Of a stretch of DNA of 64,000 nt, positions 1 to 10,604 are shown piece after piece (positions within the stretch are counted from its first letter, which is position 1; each line of letters starts with the position of its first letter). The stretch is taken from the sequence record DRR378314_778; one strand, 5' to 3'. The notes below the pieces were generated by a model. It was not told where the DNA came from. It worked only from the letters and a program-made list of their open reading frames with translations, and did not search any database. A program made the position numbers and the translations under genes.

Positions 1-672
1 ACCCCTGATTTCAGCATGTAGTTGCTTGGCCATAGTCACCGGCGTTACAGGATCATCTTGTCCAACGATTAACGTGGTTGGACATGTAATATCACCAACG
101 GGCGCAGGCTTTGCTTCACTTAGGGCCAGGCAGTGTAGCGCATAAAATTCAGGTTTTTGGCGCATAAGGCTCTCCCGAACAAATGCCTTCGTTACTGGAT
201 TTGAGGTTTTACTTTTGTTGAACAGACTGGCGTTGGAAACCGCTTCTGCGATCCCTGCCATGCCATTGATGCGGGCATCTTCCGCCCGTTCCCGTAACCC
301 TTGGCGAGCAGCAACTGGTGGCTCTAGCATCGGACCGAAAAGGACTAGGCTTTCAACTATTTTTGGGTGTGATGCAGCTAAATACTGTAAAACCAGTGTT
401 CCCATAGAATGACCGACAAAATGCGCCTTTGTCAGACCCGCAACCTGCATCATATCTAATAGACTAAGTGCGAGTGAATTAATGTCTATTCCGGATTTTG
501 AACCGGACCGACCAGCACCCGGTAAATCGGGACGATAAACCGAATAACTCTCCCGTACAGACATCAGGGTTTCAAAACTGTTAGACGATCCCCCCAATCC
601 ATGGACCATCACAATTGGCGGGCCACTTCCGGCGGATTCCATAACTACACTGCCAAGGCGAAGATCTGTCAT
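1..672 (-). CDS. Alpha/beta fold hydrolase (3' end outside window)
   Basis: Manual translation from ATG at 672: MTDLRLGSVVMESAGSGPPIVMVHGLGGSS...PDLPGAGRS...FVGHSMG (HG oxyanion motif, GxSxG nucleophile). Absent from the ORF track because it runs off the window. Confidence 0.85.
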   Translation of the reverse strand, partial: MTDLRLGSVVMESAGSGPPIVMVHGLGGSSNSFETLMSVRESYSVYRPDLPGAGRSGSKSGIDINSLALSLLDMMQVAGLTKAHFVGHSMGTLVLQYLAASHPKIVESLVLFGPMLEPPVAARQGLRERAEDARINGMAGIAEAVSNASLFNKSKTSNPVTKAFVRESLMRQKPEFYALHCLALSEAKPAPVGDITCPTTLIVGQDDPVTPVTMAKQLHAEIRG

Positions 673-674
673 CT

Positions 675-1541
675 TCAATAGGACTCCACCCGGTTCTCAA
701 GGATGCCAATTCCTTCGATTTCGATTTTGACAGTATCTCCGGGCACTAAGTATTTGGGAGGCTTGAACCCGATACCGACGCCCGCGGGTGTCCCGGTGGC
801 AATCACGTCACCGGCTTGTAAGGTGATGCCATTTGACGCTGCAGCAATGATGTCTGGTACATCGAATATCAAAAGCCCGGTATTTGAATCCTGCCTCAGT
901 TCTTCATTGATCCAGCATTTTACATTGGTGTTTGCCAGGTCAATCTCATCAGCAGTGACAGCCCATGGTCCCATTGGGCAAAATGTATCCTGTGATTTAC
1001 CGATGAGCCACTGACTATGGACGCCTTGCAGATCCCGAGCTGTTACGTCGTTGACAACGGTATAACCCCACACATGATCCATGGCGTCTTCTTTAGAGAT
1101 GTTGCGGCCAGATTTTCCGATGATCACCATAAGTTCGGCCTCATAATCGACCGCTGTACTTACGGATGCATCGATCTTGATTGCATCACCCGTCGGGATG
1201 ACGGTTTCTGGAAGCTTTGAGAAGATAATAGGTGCTTTTGGGACCGTACCTGCGGCGGCGGAACTATCAAATCCAGAGTCGGAAAACTCCTTCGCATGTT
1301 CATGATAGTTTTTCCCAACACAAAAGATGTTGCGTGAAGGACGGGGAACAGGGGCGAGTAATTTTACGGAACTTAAATCATATACGTCGCCGGTCTTTTC
1401 AGGTTGATGACCTATTAAGCTAACAACTCCTTGCGGATCTTGGCTTCCGCCAGGCCATTTTAGTTTTTCGATGCTGTTGTCAGCGATATTGACGGATCCG
1501 AGGTAACGGTGATTGTTATGTTCAAATGTTGCGTATTTCAT
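675..1541 (-). CDS. Fumarylacetoacetate hydrolase family protein
   Basis: IFCVGKNYHEH, DYEAEL, NDVTARD, GKSQDTFCPMGP and GDVIATGTPAGVG motifs. Confidence 0.93.
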   Translation of the reverse strand: MKYATFEHNNHRYLGSVNIADNSIEKLKWPGGSQDPQGVVSLIGHQPEKTGDVYDLSSVKLLAPVPRPSRNIFCVGKNYHEHAKEFSDSGFDSSAAAGTVPKAPIIFSKLPETVIPTGDAIKIDASVSTAVDYEAELMVIIGKSGRNISKEDAMDHVWGYTVVNDVTARDLQGVHSQWLIGKSQDTFCPMGPWAVTADEIDLANTNVKCWINEELRQDSNTGLLIFDVPDIIAAASNGITLQAGDVIATGTPAGVGIGFKPPKYLVPGDTVKIEIEGIGILENRVESY

Positions 1542-1546
1542 AAGCC

Positions 1547-3004
1547 TTAACCCTGGTGTTCTGGAATCAAAATGGTTGACCCTGTGGTTTGTCTGGATTC
1601 GATTGCCTGATGCGCCAATACTGCATCCTGCAAGGCAAATTGGTTGCTGATATCAATAGACACATGGCCCTGACGAATTGCTGAAAATAGCCGTTCTGCA
1701 GACGTCAATATTTTTTGGCGCGTATCTGTGTAGTGACTGTAATTCGGCCGGGACAGAGTTACTGACTTAGCGGCGAGCGAGCCGATGTCCCAAGGACCAA
1801 TATCACCCGATGCCTGCCCGAAACTGACAATGTGCCCACAGGGCTTTAAAGCCGCTATAGAATGTGGAAAACTATCTTTTCCAACAGCATCAAAAATATA
1901 ATCGACGCCAGCCCCGTTTGTAATTTTGAGAACCTGTTCTTCAAGGCTCTCTGGCCCGGGAAGAACGACGTGATGAGCCCCAGCCTCACGGGCTTGACGC
2001 CCTTTAACCTCGGTTGACGTTGCGCCGATTACCGTTGCACCCAGATGCCGAGCCCATTGGCACAGGATTTTCCCCACACCACCTGCAGGGGCATATACCA
2101 AGACAGTGTCCTGATGTTGAACCCGGGTGACCTTATGAAGCAAAAAATCAGCAGTAATGCCTTTTAAAAGGCCGGCTGCGGCAATCTTGTCATTAATATC
2201 ACTCGGAAGTGGTATTACCAGATCCGCGTTCATGGTTCGCATGGATGTATAGGCACCTGTGGGCGGGCAGGCATAGCCCACACGTTGTCCCAGCTTTAGA
2301 TGAGAAACTCCAGATCCCACATCGGCGACAACGCCTGCTGCTTCCATTCCCAATATCCCGGGTGGTTTGACAAGATCAAAATATCCTGTGCGGCAATATA
2401 TATCGATGAAATTGACACCAATTGCAGTTTGTTTGATCCGGACTTCGTTGCGTTCCGGATCGGGTGCCGAGGTCGTCTCATAGGACAGATTGCCGGTGTC
2501 GCCATATTGTTTCAGAACAACCGACTTACACTCTATCCCCGATTTCGCGGAAAATGACCGTTGACTGCTACTTTTTAACCGCTGCATTACAGCACTAAAT
2601 CCGGCGTCATAAACACCTTCAGCGACCAAATCAGCAAGTTCCTTCTCGCGTCCGGAAGGTGTGTTGAACTGAGACTTCCAGGACCAGAAGGTTTTATTGC
2701 CATCTGTTACAGGCTTTAAGTTAATTTCGGCCACATAATTCAGGAGTGGGACTTCACTTTCGACGATAGCGTATTTGAGCTGAAATTTATGATCAGACAG
2801 GGACAGCAGTTGCTCTCGCAGTCGTTCACCACTTTCAAGCACGAAATTCCGAATGACGCCGACCTGGCTTGTCCGCCGGTTATTATCGATCACGCTTTTT
2901 CGAACAGCCGGGTGCCAACCGTCATGACCATTAAAGTCACGGAGAATTTCCCATACTTTCGAAATGGGTGCATCGATAATTGTGCTGCGCGATACAGAAA
3001 CCAT
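1547..3004 (-). CDS. SRPBCC domain fused to NADPH:quinone oxidoreductase (MDR/Qor family)
   Basis: N-terminal ~145 aa closely resembles the adjacent SRPBCC gene; C-terminal IGVNFIDIYCRTG, LGMEAAGVV, APAGGVG and SFGQASG are Qor motifs. Confidence 0.88.
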   Translation of the reverse strand: MVSVSRSTIIDAPISKVWEILRDFNGHDGWHPAVRKSVIDNNRRTSQVGVIRNFVLESGERLREQLLSLSDHKFQLKYAIVESEVPLLNYVAEINLKPVTDGNKTFWSWKSQFNTPSGREKELADLVAEGVYDAGFSAVMQRLKSSSQRSFSAKSGIECKSVVLKQYGDTGNLSYETTSAPDPERNEVRIKQTAIGVNFIDIYCRTGYFDLVKPPGILGMEAAGVVADVGSGVSHLKLGQRVGYACPPTGAYTSMRTMNADLVIPLPSDINDKIAAAGLLKGITADFLLHKVTRVQHQDTVLVYAPAGGVGKILCQWARHLGATVIGATSTEVKGRQAREAGAHHVVLPGPESLEEQVLKITNGAGVDYIFDAVGKDSFPHSIAALKPCGHIVSFGQASGDIGPWDIGSLAAKSVTLSRPNYSHYTDTRQKILTSAERLFSAIRQGHVSIDISNQFALQDAVLAHQAIESRQTTGSTILIPEHQG

Positions 3005-3005
3005 T

Positions 3006-3443
3006 TTATCCCCCGAGATGAGTCCTCAGACTATTCAGGGCCGCCTGAAAAACGTTGTTGCCAATATGCTCTATGAGTTCGGTTTCTCTTGCTGGCGCGC
3101 ATTCAAACTCAGCTGACCATTCTGCAAAAGTCTGATTTCCATCCGTTACTGGTATCAGGCGAAAAGTCGCCACGTAGTTTTCAACGCCCATAGGGCTTTC
3201 CAATATGGAGTAACTGAAGCTGAATTCGTAATCGGATAGGGCGAGTAGTTGCTCCCGAATATATCCGCCATCTTCAAGTTTGAAGGCACGGATACATCCG
3301 ATCTGATCTGAAGGAAGGCTGCTTTCGATGCGGCTTTGCGTGACGAATGGCGTCCACACAGGAAGTGCATTAAAGTCGCGGACAGTAGACCAGACTCTAT
3401 CCACAGGTGCAGGAATTACAGAAGAAGTATAGACGTGTACCAT
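3006..3443 (-). CDS. SRPBCC (polyketide cyclase 2 / MxaD-like) protein
   Basis: IPAPVDRVWSTVRDFNALPVW...IREQLLAL...YSILESP helix-grip pattern, 145 aa. Confidence 0.88.
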   Translation of the reverse strand: MVHVYTSSVIPAPVDRVWSTVRDFNALPVWTPFVTQSRIESSLPSDQIGCIRAFKLEDGGYIREQLLALSDYEFSFSYSILESPMGVENYVATFRLIPVTDGNQTFAEWSAEFECAPARETELIEHIGNNVFQAALNSLRTHLGG

Positions 3444-5465
3444 TTAGCTATCTTTCTTCTTTGGGGGTAAATCTTTTGACAGGCTTTGGACATCTTTTGC
3501 AGATCTGAAAATATCACCCATCTTGGCGACACCAGCATCTTGAATGCCGATTTCTTTCATCATTTCATCAATAAGAGGGGCTTGAGCCCGATACCGAAGG
3601 GCGCTTTCAATAACCTCATCTGTTGGTGATCTCGATCCTTCGCCTGACCCTCCTGTAAGTCCATCAACATGTAGGATTTTGATGCCTTCGATATTCTCCA
3701 TTGGTTTGACGCTTTCGCGAACGATACCCTCCAGTCGATCGATCAATTTCGAGCGGAGTTTCACAGCGCGGGCGTCTTCACTCAATACATTTTCAGCTTC
3801 ATTTAGTAGACGCTGAGCTTCTGCGGCAACGGCGGCAGAAACTTTTTCTGCTTCTGCTGAAATCCGGGCTGTATCTGCGTCTTTTTCGGCAACCAGTTTA
3901 TCAATTGCGGCAATCCTTTGCGCAATAGCCGTTTCACGAGTTGTGGCAACTTTTTCTTCAGCCTCAACCGCTGCCGCTCTTGCTGCTTCGCTTGAAACGC
4001 GGGTTTGTGCTTCCTCAGATTGCTTTTGAAGAACTGCAATTTGGCTATCGATATTGGCCAGTTCCACAGCATGTTCTCGTTCGATTTCAAGCCGTTTGAC
4101 ATCACGTTCTTTGATGATGCGGGCTTCATCCAGTCCACGTTCCGAAGCAATGCGCGCTCTTTCAATTTCCTCTTGAGCGGAGATCTCATTCTCCTCGACG
4201 ACTTGGCGCATGGATATTTGTTCGGCCCGCAATTTTCGATCCCGATCTATGCGTGCTTTGTCTAGCGCCTGTTCGACGGAAATTCTGGCGACTTCTATAT
4301 TTTTGTTCGCTTCAACTTTGGATGTTTCGAGGGATTTATTACGTTGAATGTCTCGGTTGTCCGCTTCTTCTTCAGCGGTAATTTTGGCCAATCGAAGCTG
4401 CTGCTCAGAAACTACTTTTGCACGCTCCACATCTTCAATTGCTGCGATTTCAGCGGTTTCGATATCGTGTTTTTGACGAATTTGTTTGTCTCGGATCAGA
4501 GATTCTTGTTCAATTTTTGCCTGTTCTATCTCAATTTGGGCTTTTATTTCAGCAGCCTGCAATGTCTTTTGTCGTGATATCTCATGTGAGCGGGTTTCTT
4601 GTTCTGCCTGAATCCGGGTTTTTTCCGTTTCGGCTTCTTTTTCTGTACGTTCTTTTTCAACATCAGCGCGTTGCCGGGCTTTTAACGATTCAATTTCTTT
4701 CTCTTGGGCAAGGCGTGCATTTTCACTTTCCTGTTCCAGTAGGAGAGTTTCTTTTTCCGCTTTCAGGTTACGGCTTCGGATGGCAACCATAGACGTTTGT
4801 TCAATGTCGTTTCTGTGTTTCCGCCGATCTTCGATTGTTTCGATCAATCGTGTCAGGCCTTCTGCGTCAAACTGGTTGGCCGGATTGAAATGTTCCAGAT
4901 CAGTCTGATCAAGATCAGTAATGGCAACGGATTCCAGCTCCAGACCGTTTTGCTCTAGAGCTTGGGCAGCCTGTTTCGTGACTTTAGAAACATATTCATT
5001 GCGTTTTTCATGCATGTCATCAAGTGACATCTCAGCAGCGACAGATCGCAGCGCGCCAACAAATTTACCTGAGAGTAATTCAGCTAGTTGCTCATTTTCC
5101 ATCGTACGACGACCGAGAGTTGATGCAGCGGCAGCAACGGCTTCTTTCTCCTGTATGACCCGTACGAAGAATTCAGCTTCTATATCTACGCGCATCCGAT
5201 CTTTTGTGATCACGGCATGTTCTTTTTCTCGAAGGACAGGAATTCGCAAGACATTCAGGTTAACGGAGGTTACCTCGTGTATGATCGGCAATACCAACGC
5301 ACCACCATTAATGATAACGCTTTCGCCGCCAAACCCTGTGCGTACAAAGGCAACTTCCTTCGTCGAGCGATAATAAAGCCAATTCAGTAAATAGACGACA
5401 ATTGCGATCACAATGATTGCCGCAATGCCCCACAAAATAACGCTTCCAATAATTCCGGTGCTCAT
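3444..5465 (-). CDS. Flotillin / SPFH (band 7) family membrane protein, YqiK-like
   Basis: N-terminal TM helix, AFVRTGFGG and ITKDRMRVDIEAEFFVRV SPFH segment, long E/A/K/Q coiled coil, C-terminal ESVKPMENIEGIKI...SALRYRAQAPLID. Confidence 0.9.
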   Translation of the reverse strand: MSTGIIGSVILWGIAAIIVIAIVVYLLNWLYYRSTKEVAFVRTGFGGESVIINGGALVLPIIHEVTSVNLNVLRIPVLREKEHAVITKDRMRVDIEAEFFVRVIQEKEAVAAAASTLGRRTMENEQLAELLSGKFVGALRSVAAEMSLDDMHEKRNEYVSKVTKQAAQALEQNGLELESVAITDLDQTDLEHFNPANQFDAEGLTRLIETIEDRRKHRNDIEQTSMVAIRSRNLKAEKETLLLEQESENARLAQEKEIESLKARQRADVEKERTEKEAETEKTRIQAEQETRSHEISRQKTLQAAEIKAQIEIEQAKIEQESLIRDKQIRQKHDIETAEIAAIEDVERAKVVSEQQLRLAKITAEEEADNRDIQRNKSLETSKVEANKNIEVARISVEQALDKARIDRDRKLRAEQISMRQVVEENEISAQEEIERARIASERGLDEARIIKERDVKRLEIEREHAVELANIDSQIAVLQKQSEEAQTRVSSEAARAAAVEAEEKVATTRETAIAQRIAAIDKLVAEKDADTARISAEAEKVSAAVAAEAQRLLNEAENVLSEDARAVKLRSKLIDRLEGIVRESVKPMENIEGIKILHVDGLTGGSGEGSRSPTDEVIESALRYRAQAPLIDEMMKEIGIQDAGVAKMGDIFRSAKDVQSLSKDLPPKKKDS

Positions 5466-5478
5466 CGTGAAGCTCCCT

Positions 5479-6312
5479 TTAGCCGGTTTGAATTGCCTTA
5501 AAGGCTTTGGTTTGATTAGTCAGTGCAACTTCTGTTGGCAAACGCTCCATCGAAGACGCGCCATAGAAGCCGTGGCAATTTTCTGTATTTTTTAGGACGA
5601 ATTCCGCATCTGGCGGCATTGACACCGGTCCGCCGTGGACAAGCACGATTACATCAGGATTTACTTTTAGTGCGGCTTCGGACCATGCATTCACCAGGCC
5701 AGGTACATCTTCAAGTTTTAAGGCGGTTTCGGCCCCAATACTTCCACCTGTTGTCAGACCTAAATGACAGACAATGATATCTGCACCTGCTTTGGCCATG
5801 GCGGCTGCTTCGTCTTCATTAAAAACGTATGGGGTCGTCAGCATGTCTTTTTCGTGGGCCATACTGATAATGTCAATTTCCTGACTGTATGACATGCCAG
5901 TTTCTTCGAGATTTGCCCGAAAATTTCCATCGATGAGGCCGACCGTTGGAAAGTTTTGGATGCCAGCGAAGCCCACGGCCTTTACCTGATCAAGGTAATG
6001 GTCAAAGTTACAAAATGGGTCTGTCCCATTTACACCCGCGAGAACAGGTGTTCTTTGAACGACCGGAAGCACTTCTTTGGCCATATCCATAACAACTTCG
6101 TTGGCGTTTCCATACGCCATCAATCCGGAAAGAGAGCCGCGACCCGCCATGCGGTACCGTCCCGAGTTATAAATGACGATCAGGTCAATGCCGCCCTCTT
6201 CTTCACATTTTGCGGACAGGCCTGTTCCAGCACCACCCCCAATAATGGGAATTTTCTTTTGTTTCATTTCCTGAAACTTAGCGACAAGATCTTTACGTTC
6301 AAAACGCGGCAT
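5479..6312 (-). CDS. TIM-barrel signal transduction / phosphoenolpyruvate hydrolase family protein
   Basis: [43 protein letters not shown] and [12 protein letters not shown] motifs. Confidence 0.9.
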   Translation of the reverse strand: MPRFERKDLVAKFQEMKQKKIPIIGGGAGTGLSAKCEEEGGIDLIVIYNSGRYRMAGRGSLSGLMAYGNANEVVMDMAKEVLPVVQRTPVLAGVNGTDPFCNFDHYLDQVKAVGFAGIQNFPTVGLIDGNFRANLEETGMSYSQEIDIISMAHEKDMLTTPYVFNEDEAAAMAKAGADIIVCHLGLTTGGSIGAETALKLEDVPGLVNAWSEAALKVNPDVIVLVHGGPVSMPPDAEFVLKNTENCHGFYGASSMERLPTEVALTNQTKAFKAIQTG

Positions 6313-8563
6313 GTTCTTTACTCCTCTTATGCGGACTTATCTCTTCTAGGGCGGTCACTACAGCCGCTGCAAATGCTGGGTCATTAATATGATATGGCGT
6401 TGAAATCAGCCGACGTGTTGGTGTCTCTTTAAAAGTCTGTTTTACGGAGTTAAAAAGCGCCTCACTGGCAGCAGTATCATGAAATGGTTGACCCGGCGCA
6501 TCAAGCGCAGACACGCCCCCTTCAGGCAGCAAAAATCGCACAGGTCCGGGCATTTCATTCAGGCGGCTGGCGATCCACTTACCCATCTGTCGATTTTCAT
6601 CAGCCGTGGTTCGCATCAAGGTGACTTGGGCATTATGTTCTACAAACACTCTGTTGGAGAATTTCTCCGGAACGGTGTTTCTAGGGCCAAAATTCACCAT
6701 ATCCAGCGCGCCCACGGACCCAACATAGGGAATTCCGGTTCTAATAAAGGCGCCAAAGCGATCTTCTGTGGATGGGAAAACACCGCCGACAAACATGTCG
6801 CAGACTTCTGTTGTCGTCAGATCAATGGCAGCTTCTAGCATTCCGCTATCAGCCAGCTTTTCCATGGACCTTCCTCCCACACCGGTTGCATGGAAAACCA
6901 GACATTCATACTCACTTTCAAGTTGAGCTGAAACCTGTTGAATAGCGGTTGTTGTGACACCAAACATTGTCATGCCCAGGCTAGGCTTGTCATCGTTGGC
7001 GGAAATTTCGCGGCGAATACTCTGTGCCTGTTTTGCCATTCCCGCGATCGCGTGGGCCCCATTTGCAAGGACCTGTTTTGAAATTTGGTTGAGGCCCTGT
7101 ACATCCGTCACAGGGTTCATCATTATGATGTCCGTTGGACCGACGTAGCTTCCCACTTCACCGGAGGCAACGGTTGAAATCATGAATTTCGGTAGACCAA
7201 TCGGTAAAGCTTGCATCGCCGGTGTCGCGAGTGCAGTCCCGCCAGAGCCGCCGGCTGAGATTATTCCCCCGATACCATTTTGCCGGACAATCCAGTTTAC
7301 GAAGGCCTCTGACATGGCTGAAACGGATGACCCTCTATCGCCGTTGAATACAGCGTTACTTCCGCCTTTGTGATACGACGCGATGATCTGAGGGGTTACA
7401 TCCGCAGACGATACCTTTCCTGAAGTGGAAAGGTCGATGGTTCGGGTTTTAATGCCGCAGGCGCGAATACAATTTCGGATATAGAGTAATTCATTCTGTT
7501 TCGTATCGAAGGTGCCGACAACATAAACTTCATCACCGAACAGATTATCGGCACTGGTTGGTTTTTCTTTGAACAGAGGTTCTGGCTTCTGATCAAAAGG
7601 TCGAGATATATTATCCTGACTAGACGATACGGCCGGGCTGCTTGTTTCTTTCCAGTAAGAAGAGGACCAACGGGTTGGAGGGATATAAACTTTCTGTCGG
7701 GTATTCTCGTTTTTGGGTCTGTCGAGCTCGGTTTCAAGCGGCTCTTTTTTATCAGGATGTTGGACTTGAGCGGGCTGTTCTTCGATATCCGTCACTGAAG
7801 TTGGAATTTCGATCACTTCGTCATGAGAGTGTCGGCCAACCCCGAGCAAACTTTCCTGCAAACTCCGGTCTGCAGCCAATTGCTTGGATGGCATTATACG
7901 ATTGATCCGGCCGTTCACCATGATGGCAACATCTTTGGAAATTGACGTTGCAACAGAAATATTTTGTTCAATCAGCAACACAGAGACGTCACTGGACGTT
8001 GCTAGATCTGCTAACAGGTTTTCAACTTGATCCACAATTACTGGAGCAAGCCCTTCAGTCGGTTCATCCAGAACCAACAGCTGGGGATCTTGCAATAAGG
8101 CTCGTGAGATTGCCAGCATTTGCTGCTCACCTCCGGACAATTGATTGCCGCCGTTATTGCGCCTTTCAAACAGTCTGGGAAACGTGTCGTAAATCCTGTC
8201 GATTGACCAAGAGCCAGAATTTGTTTCAAATAGTTTGAGATGCTCATGAACCGACAACGACGGCCATAACCTACGCCCTTGCGGTGTGTATCCTATGCCC
8301 ATACTCGCAATTTTGTAGGCGGGCTGATTGGATATTTCTTCGCCTAAAAATCGAATGGAACCACTTCTTGCAGGTAGCAACCCCATGATTGTGTTGCAGA
8401 GCGTGGTTTTCCCCATTCCATTGCGACCAACAACAGAATGTACGCCAGTATCCAGGGTAAAATTAACGCCTTGCAGGGCGTGAGACTGACCGTAATAAAC
8501 ATGGAGATCCTGAACTTGAAGAGTCGCCGAGGGGTTCAGGTTTTTTCTTTGTTTTTTAAGCAT
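6299..8563 (-). CDS. LivF-type ABC ATPase fused to a Tm-1-like (UPF0261) ATP-binding domain
   Basis: [23 protein letters not shown], then a polar linker, then [38 protein letters not shown] and GALDMVNFG. Start taken at ATG 8563, which overlaps the upstream stop. Confidence 0.88.
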   Translation of the reverse strand: MLKKQRKNLNPSATLQVQDLHVYYGQSHALQGVNFTLDTGVHSVVGRNGMGKTTLCNTIMGLLPARSGSIRFLGEEISNQPAYKIASMGIGYTPQGRRLWPSLSVHEHLKLFETNSGSWSIDRIYDTFPRLFERRNNGGNQLSGGEQQMLAISRALLQDPQLLVLDEPTEGLAPVIVDQVENLLADLATSSDVSVLLIEQNISVATSISKDVAIMVNGRINRIMPSKQLAADRSLQESLLGVGRHSHDEVIEIPTSVTDIEEQPAQVQHPDKKEPLETELDRPKNENTRQKVYIPPTRWSSSYWKETSSPAVSSSQDNISRPFDQKPEPLFKEKPTSADNLFGDEVYVVGTFDTKQNELLYIRNCIRACGIKTRTIDLSTSGKVSSADVTPQIIASYHKGGSNAVFNGDRGSSVSAMSEAFVNWIVRQNGIGGIISAGGSGGTALATPAMQALPIGLPKFMISTVASGEVGSYVGPTDIIMMNPVTDVQGLNQISKQVLANGAHAIAGMAKQAQSIRREISANDDKPSLGMTMFGVTTTAIQQVSAQLESEYECLVFHATGVGGRSMEKLADSGMLEAAIDLTTTEVCDMFVGGVFPSTEDRFGAFIRTGIPYVGSVGALDMVNFGPRNTVPEKFSNRVFVEHNAQVTLMRTTADENRQMGKWIASRLNEMPGPVRFLLPEGGVSALDAPGQPFHDTAASEALFNSVKQTFKETPTRRLISTPYHINDPAFAAAVVTALEEISPHKRSKEHAAF

Positions 8564-9341
8564 CGCCACGTCCCAGATAAAGCTCTTGCACCTCGGGATC
8601 GTTTTCAATTTCTTCAGGTGTACCCTCTTTAAATATGCGACCGTTATGCATCATCGTAACGCTTTGTGAGACACGCAACGCAACGTCCATATCATGTTCA
8701 ATGATGACAAATCCGATATGAGCTGGCAGGTTCGTAAGAATTTCAATTAATTCAGTCCGCTCAGTTGGTGATAATCCGGCAGCGGGCTCGTCAAGTAGGA
8801 GAAGTCTTGGAGCTCCGGCGAGCGCAAGTGCAATCTCAAGCTGGCGCTGCTGCCCATAACTAAGAGCAGCGACTTCGATATCCCTTACAGTTTCCAAATG
8901 AACCGCATGCAGCAAAGCTTCCGCTGTTTCCATTGAGCTGTCATCAGCTTTGGGTCGCCGAAGCGAAAATCGCCCCTGGCTAACGCCGCGGCACGCCAGG
9001 AAAATATTGTCGATGACTGTTAAGCCATTAAATAATAAAGAAATCTGATAGGTCCGGCGTAATCCGCGCCGGATGCGTTCGTGACTGGGAAACTCTGTAA
9101 CGTCTTCACCAAACAAACGAACACGTCCGGTTGTTGGAGGAAAATCTCCAGTGATGGCGTTAAACAAAGTTGTTTTCCCAGCCCCGTTTGATCCCAGAAC
9201 CGCTCGCCGTTCTCCCGCTTTCACAGTGAGGTTGATATCGGCCAGCGCCACAAGCGCGCCAAAATGGCGGCTCACGGCTTCTAACTCGAGTGCATATAAA
9301 CCTGCACTTTGCAGACGGGAAAGAGCGTCGGTTCCAGACAT
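8556..9341 (-). CDS. Branched-chain-type ABC transporter ATP-binding protein (LivG-like)
   Basis: GSNGAGKTT, LSYGQQR, LLLLDEPAAGL, IEHDM. Confidence 0.93.
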   Translation of the reverse strand: MSGTDALSRLQSAGLYALELEAVSRHFGALVALADINLTVKAGERRAVLGSNGAGKTTLFNAITGDFPPTTGRVRLFGEDVTEFPSHERIRRGLRRTYQISLLFNGLTVIDNIFLACRGVSQGRFSLRRPKADDSSMETAEALLHAVHLETVRDIEVAALSYGQQRQLEIALALAGAPRLLLLDEPAAGLSPTERTELIEILTNLPAHIGFVIIEHDMDVALRVSQSVTMMHNGRIFKEGTPEEIENDPEVQELYLGRGDA

Positions 9342-9356
9342 ATTAACGTATATCCT

Positions 9357-10604
9357 TTACTCGCAGCTGGGGTTTTCACGCCCAACTTGACCATATTCGA
9401 GGAACTCTTCGTATGAGAGACCTAAAGTTTGGCTGACCTGAGGAGTAACTTTGATGGTCTTGTTGATAAGCTTGCCATCAGGTCCTTCTGCAACTTCTGT
9501 AAGGAACACATCTGCGATCGCGTTGCGACGTTCGTCCAGTTTTACCATGCCTGTCGGTGTTTCGAACTCAAGTGAAGACAGAGCTGATCTATATTTCGCG
9601 GATCCATCAGATAGATCACCATCGATTTTATTGAGACCAAGCAAGGCCGCTTTGGTGTTTACATAGTAAGCATGACTAAAGAGGGATGGTGAAGGGAATC
9701 CGTCAGGGAACATTTCCTTATATTTAGAAACATATTCTTTCCAACGTGGATCATCCCATGTATCTGAAATTGGACCACCAGAAGGGGTTCCGATGATGAA
9801 ACTTCTTGTCCGCCCTTTAGAGCCCAATACAGACTGATCAACAGTAATAGAGCCACCAATAAGAGGTAGATCACCGCCAGCCTGTTCATACTGGGTCAAA
9901 AAGTTCACTGCATCTGCGCCGCCCAAAGCAACGAAGATCGCATCAACATCATCTGGCAAAGCAGCAATCACTGATGAATAGTCTTTGTTTCCGATTGGAA
10001 CCCAGAACCGGGCGTCGTTTGGTGATTTTCCGCCTAGGCGGCAGAAGGGCTCAAGGAAGCCGAAGACTTGTGTGTATGGGAAAGAGTAATCTTCTGCCAA
10101 CACAGCGACTTTGCGATAGCCTTTATTGTTATACGCATATTCTCCGAGCCCAGCCATCCATTGTGCCCCTTCCGTATTAAAACGGAAAAAGTTTTCAGAC
10201 GGATTGCGCAAAGTTGTATCCTGTGCCGCTGAAGAACCGTTCAGGAATGTTACAGTTGGTTGTCCCTTTGCGTAGTCCTTTACAGCAATGCCTTCTGAGC
10301 CGGAAAGCGGACCAATCAAAATTTGTACGCCGTCCTGTTCAACCAGCTTCCGTGTTGCGCGGATTGCGCTATCCGGGCTGGCATCGGATGAACCCGTAAT
10401 CAGTTCAATTTTTTTGCCGCCGGCCGTATACCCAAATTCTTCCAGGGCTATTTTTACACCGCGAATACTATCTTCACCCAAGGCCGCAAAAGCACCTTCA
10501 AGTGTAGCTAATGCTCCCATCTTAATTGTATCCTGCGCCACGGCAGGGAACGCAATCGTTGCTATTGCAGCGGTCACGAGCATCTTTTTAATCACTCCCA
10601 ACAT
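9357..10604 (-). CDS. ABC transporter substrate-binding protein (LivJ/K-type)
   Basis: Signal peptide ending AVAQD, IGPLSGS, FFRF; lies between permeases and ATPases. Confidence 0.9.
   Translation of the reverse strand: MLGVIKKMLVTAAIATIAFPAVAQDTIKMGALATLEGAFAALGEDSIRGVKIALEEFGYTAGGKKIELITGSSDASPDSAIRATRKLVEQDGVQILIGPLSGSEGIAVKDYAKGQPTVTFLNGSSAAQDTTLRNPSENFFRFNTEGAQWMAGLGEYAYNNKGYRKVAVLAEDYSFPYTQVFGFLEPFCRLGGKSPNDARFWVPIGNKDYSSVIAALPDDVDAIFVALGGADAVNFLTQYEQAGGDLPLIGGSITVDQSVLGSKGRTRSFIIGTPSGGPISDTWDDPRWKEYVSKYKEMFPDGFPSPSLFSHAYYVNTKAALLGLNKIDGDLSDGSAKYRSALSSLEFETPTGMVKLDERRNAIADVFLTEVAEGPDGKLINKTIKVTPQVSQTLGLSYEEFLEYGQVGRENPSCE

Noticed and set aside
3800-4800. Repetitive E/A/K/Q pattern suggesting tandem repeats or an array
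   Set aside because: Explained by the flotillin coiled coil; no DNA-level repeat-spacer structure
6299-8563. Anti-phage role by analogy with plant Tm-1 virus resistance
   Set aside because: The context is a nutrient importer with catabolic enzymes and no defence genes nearby, so the analogy alone is insufficient
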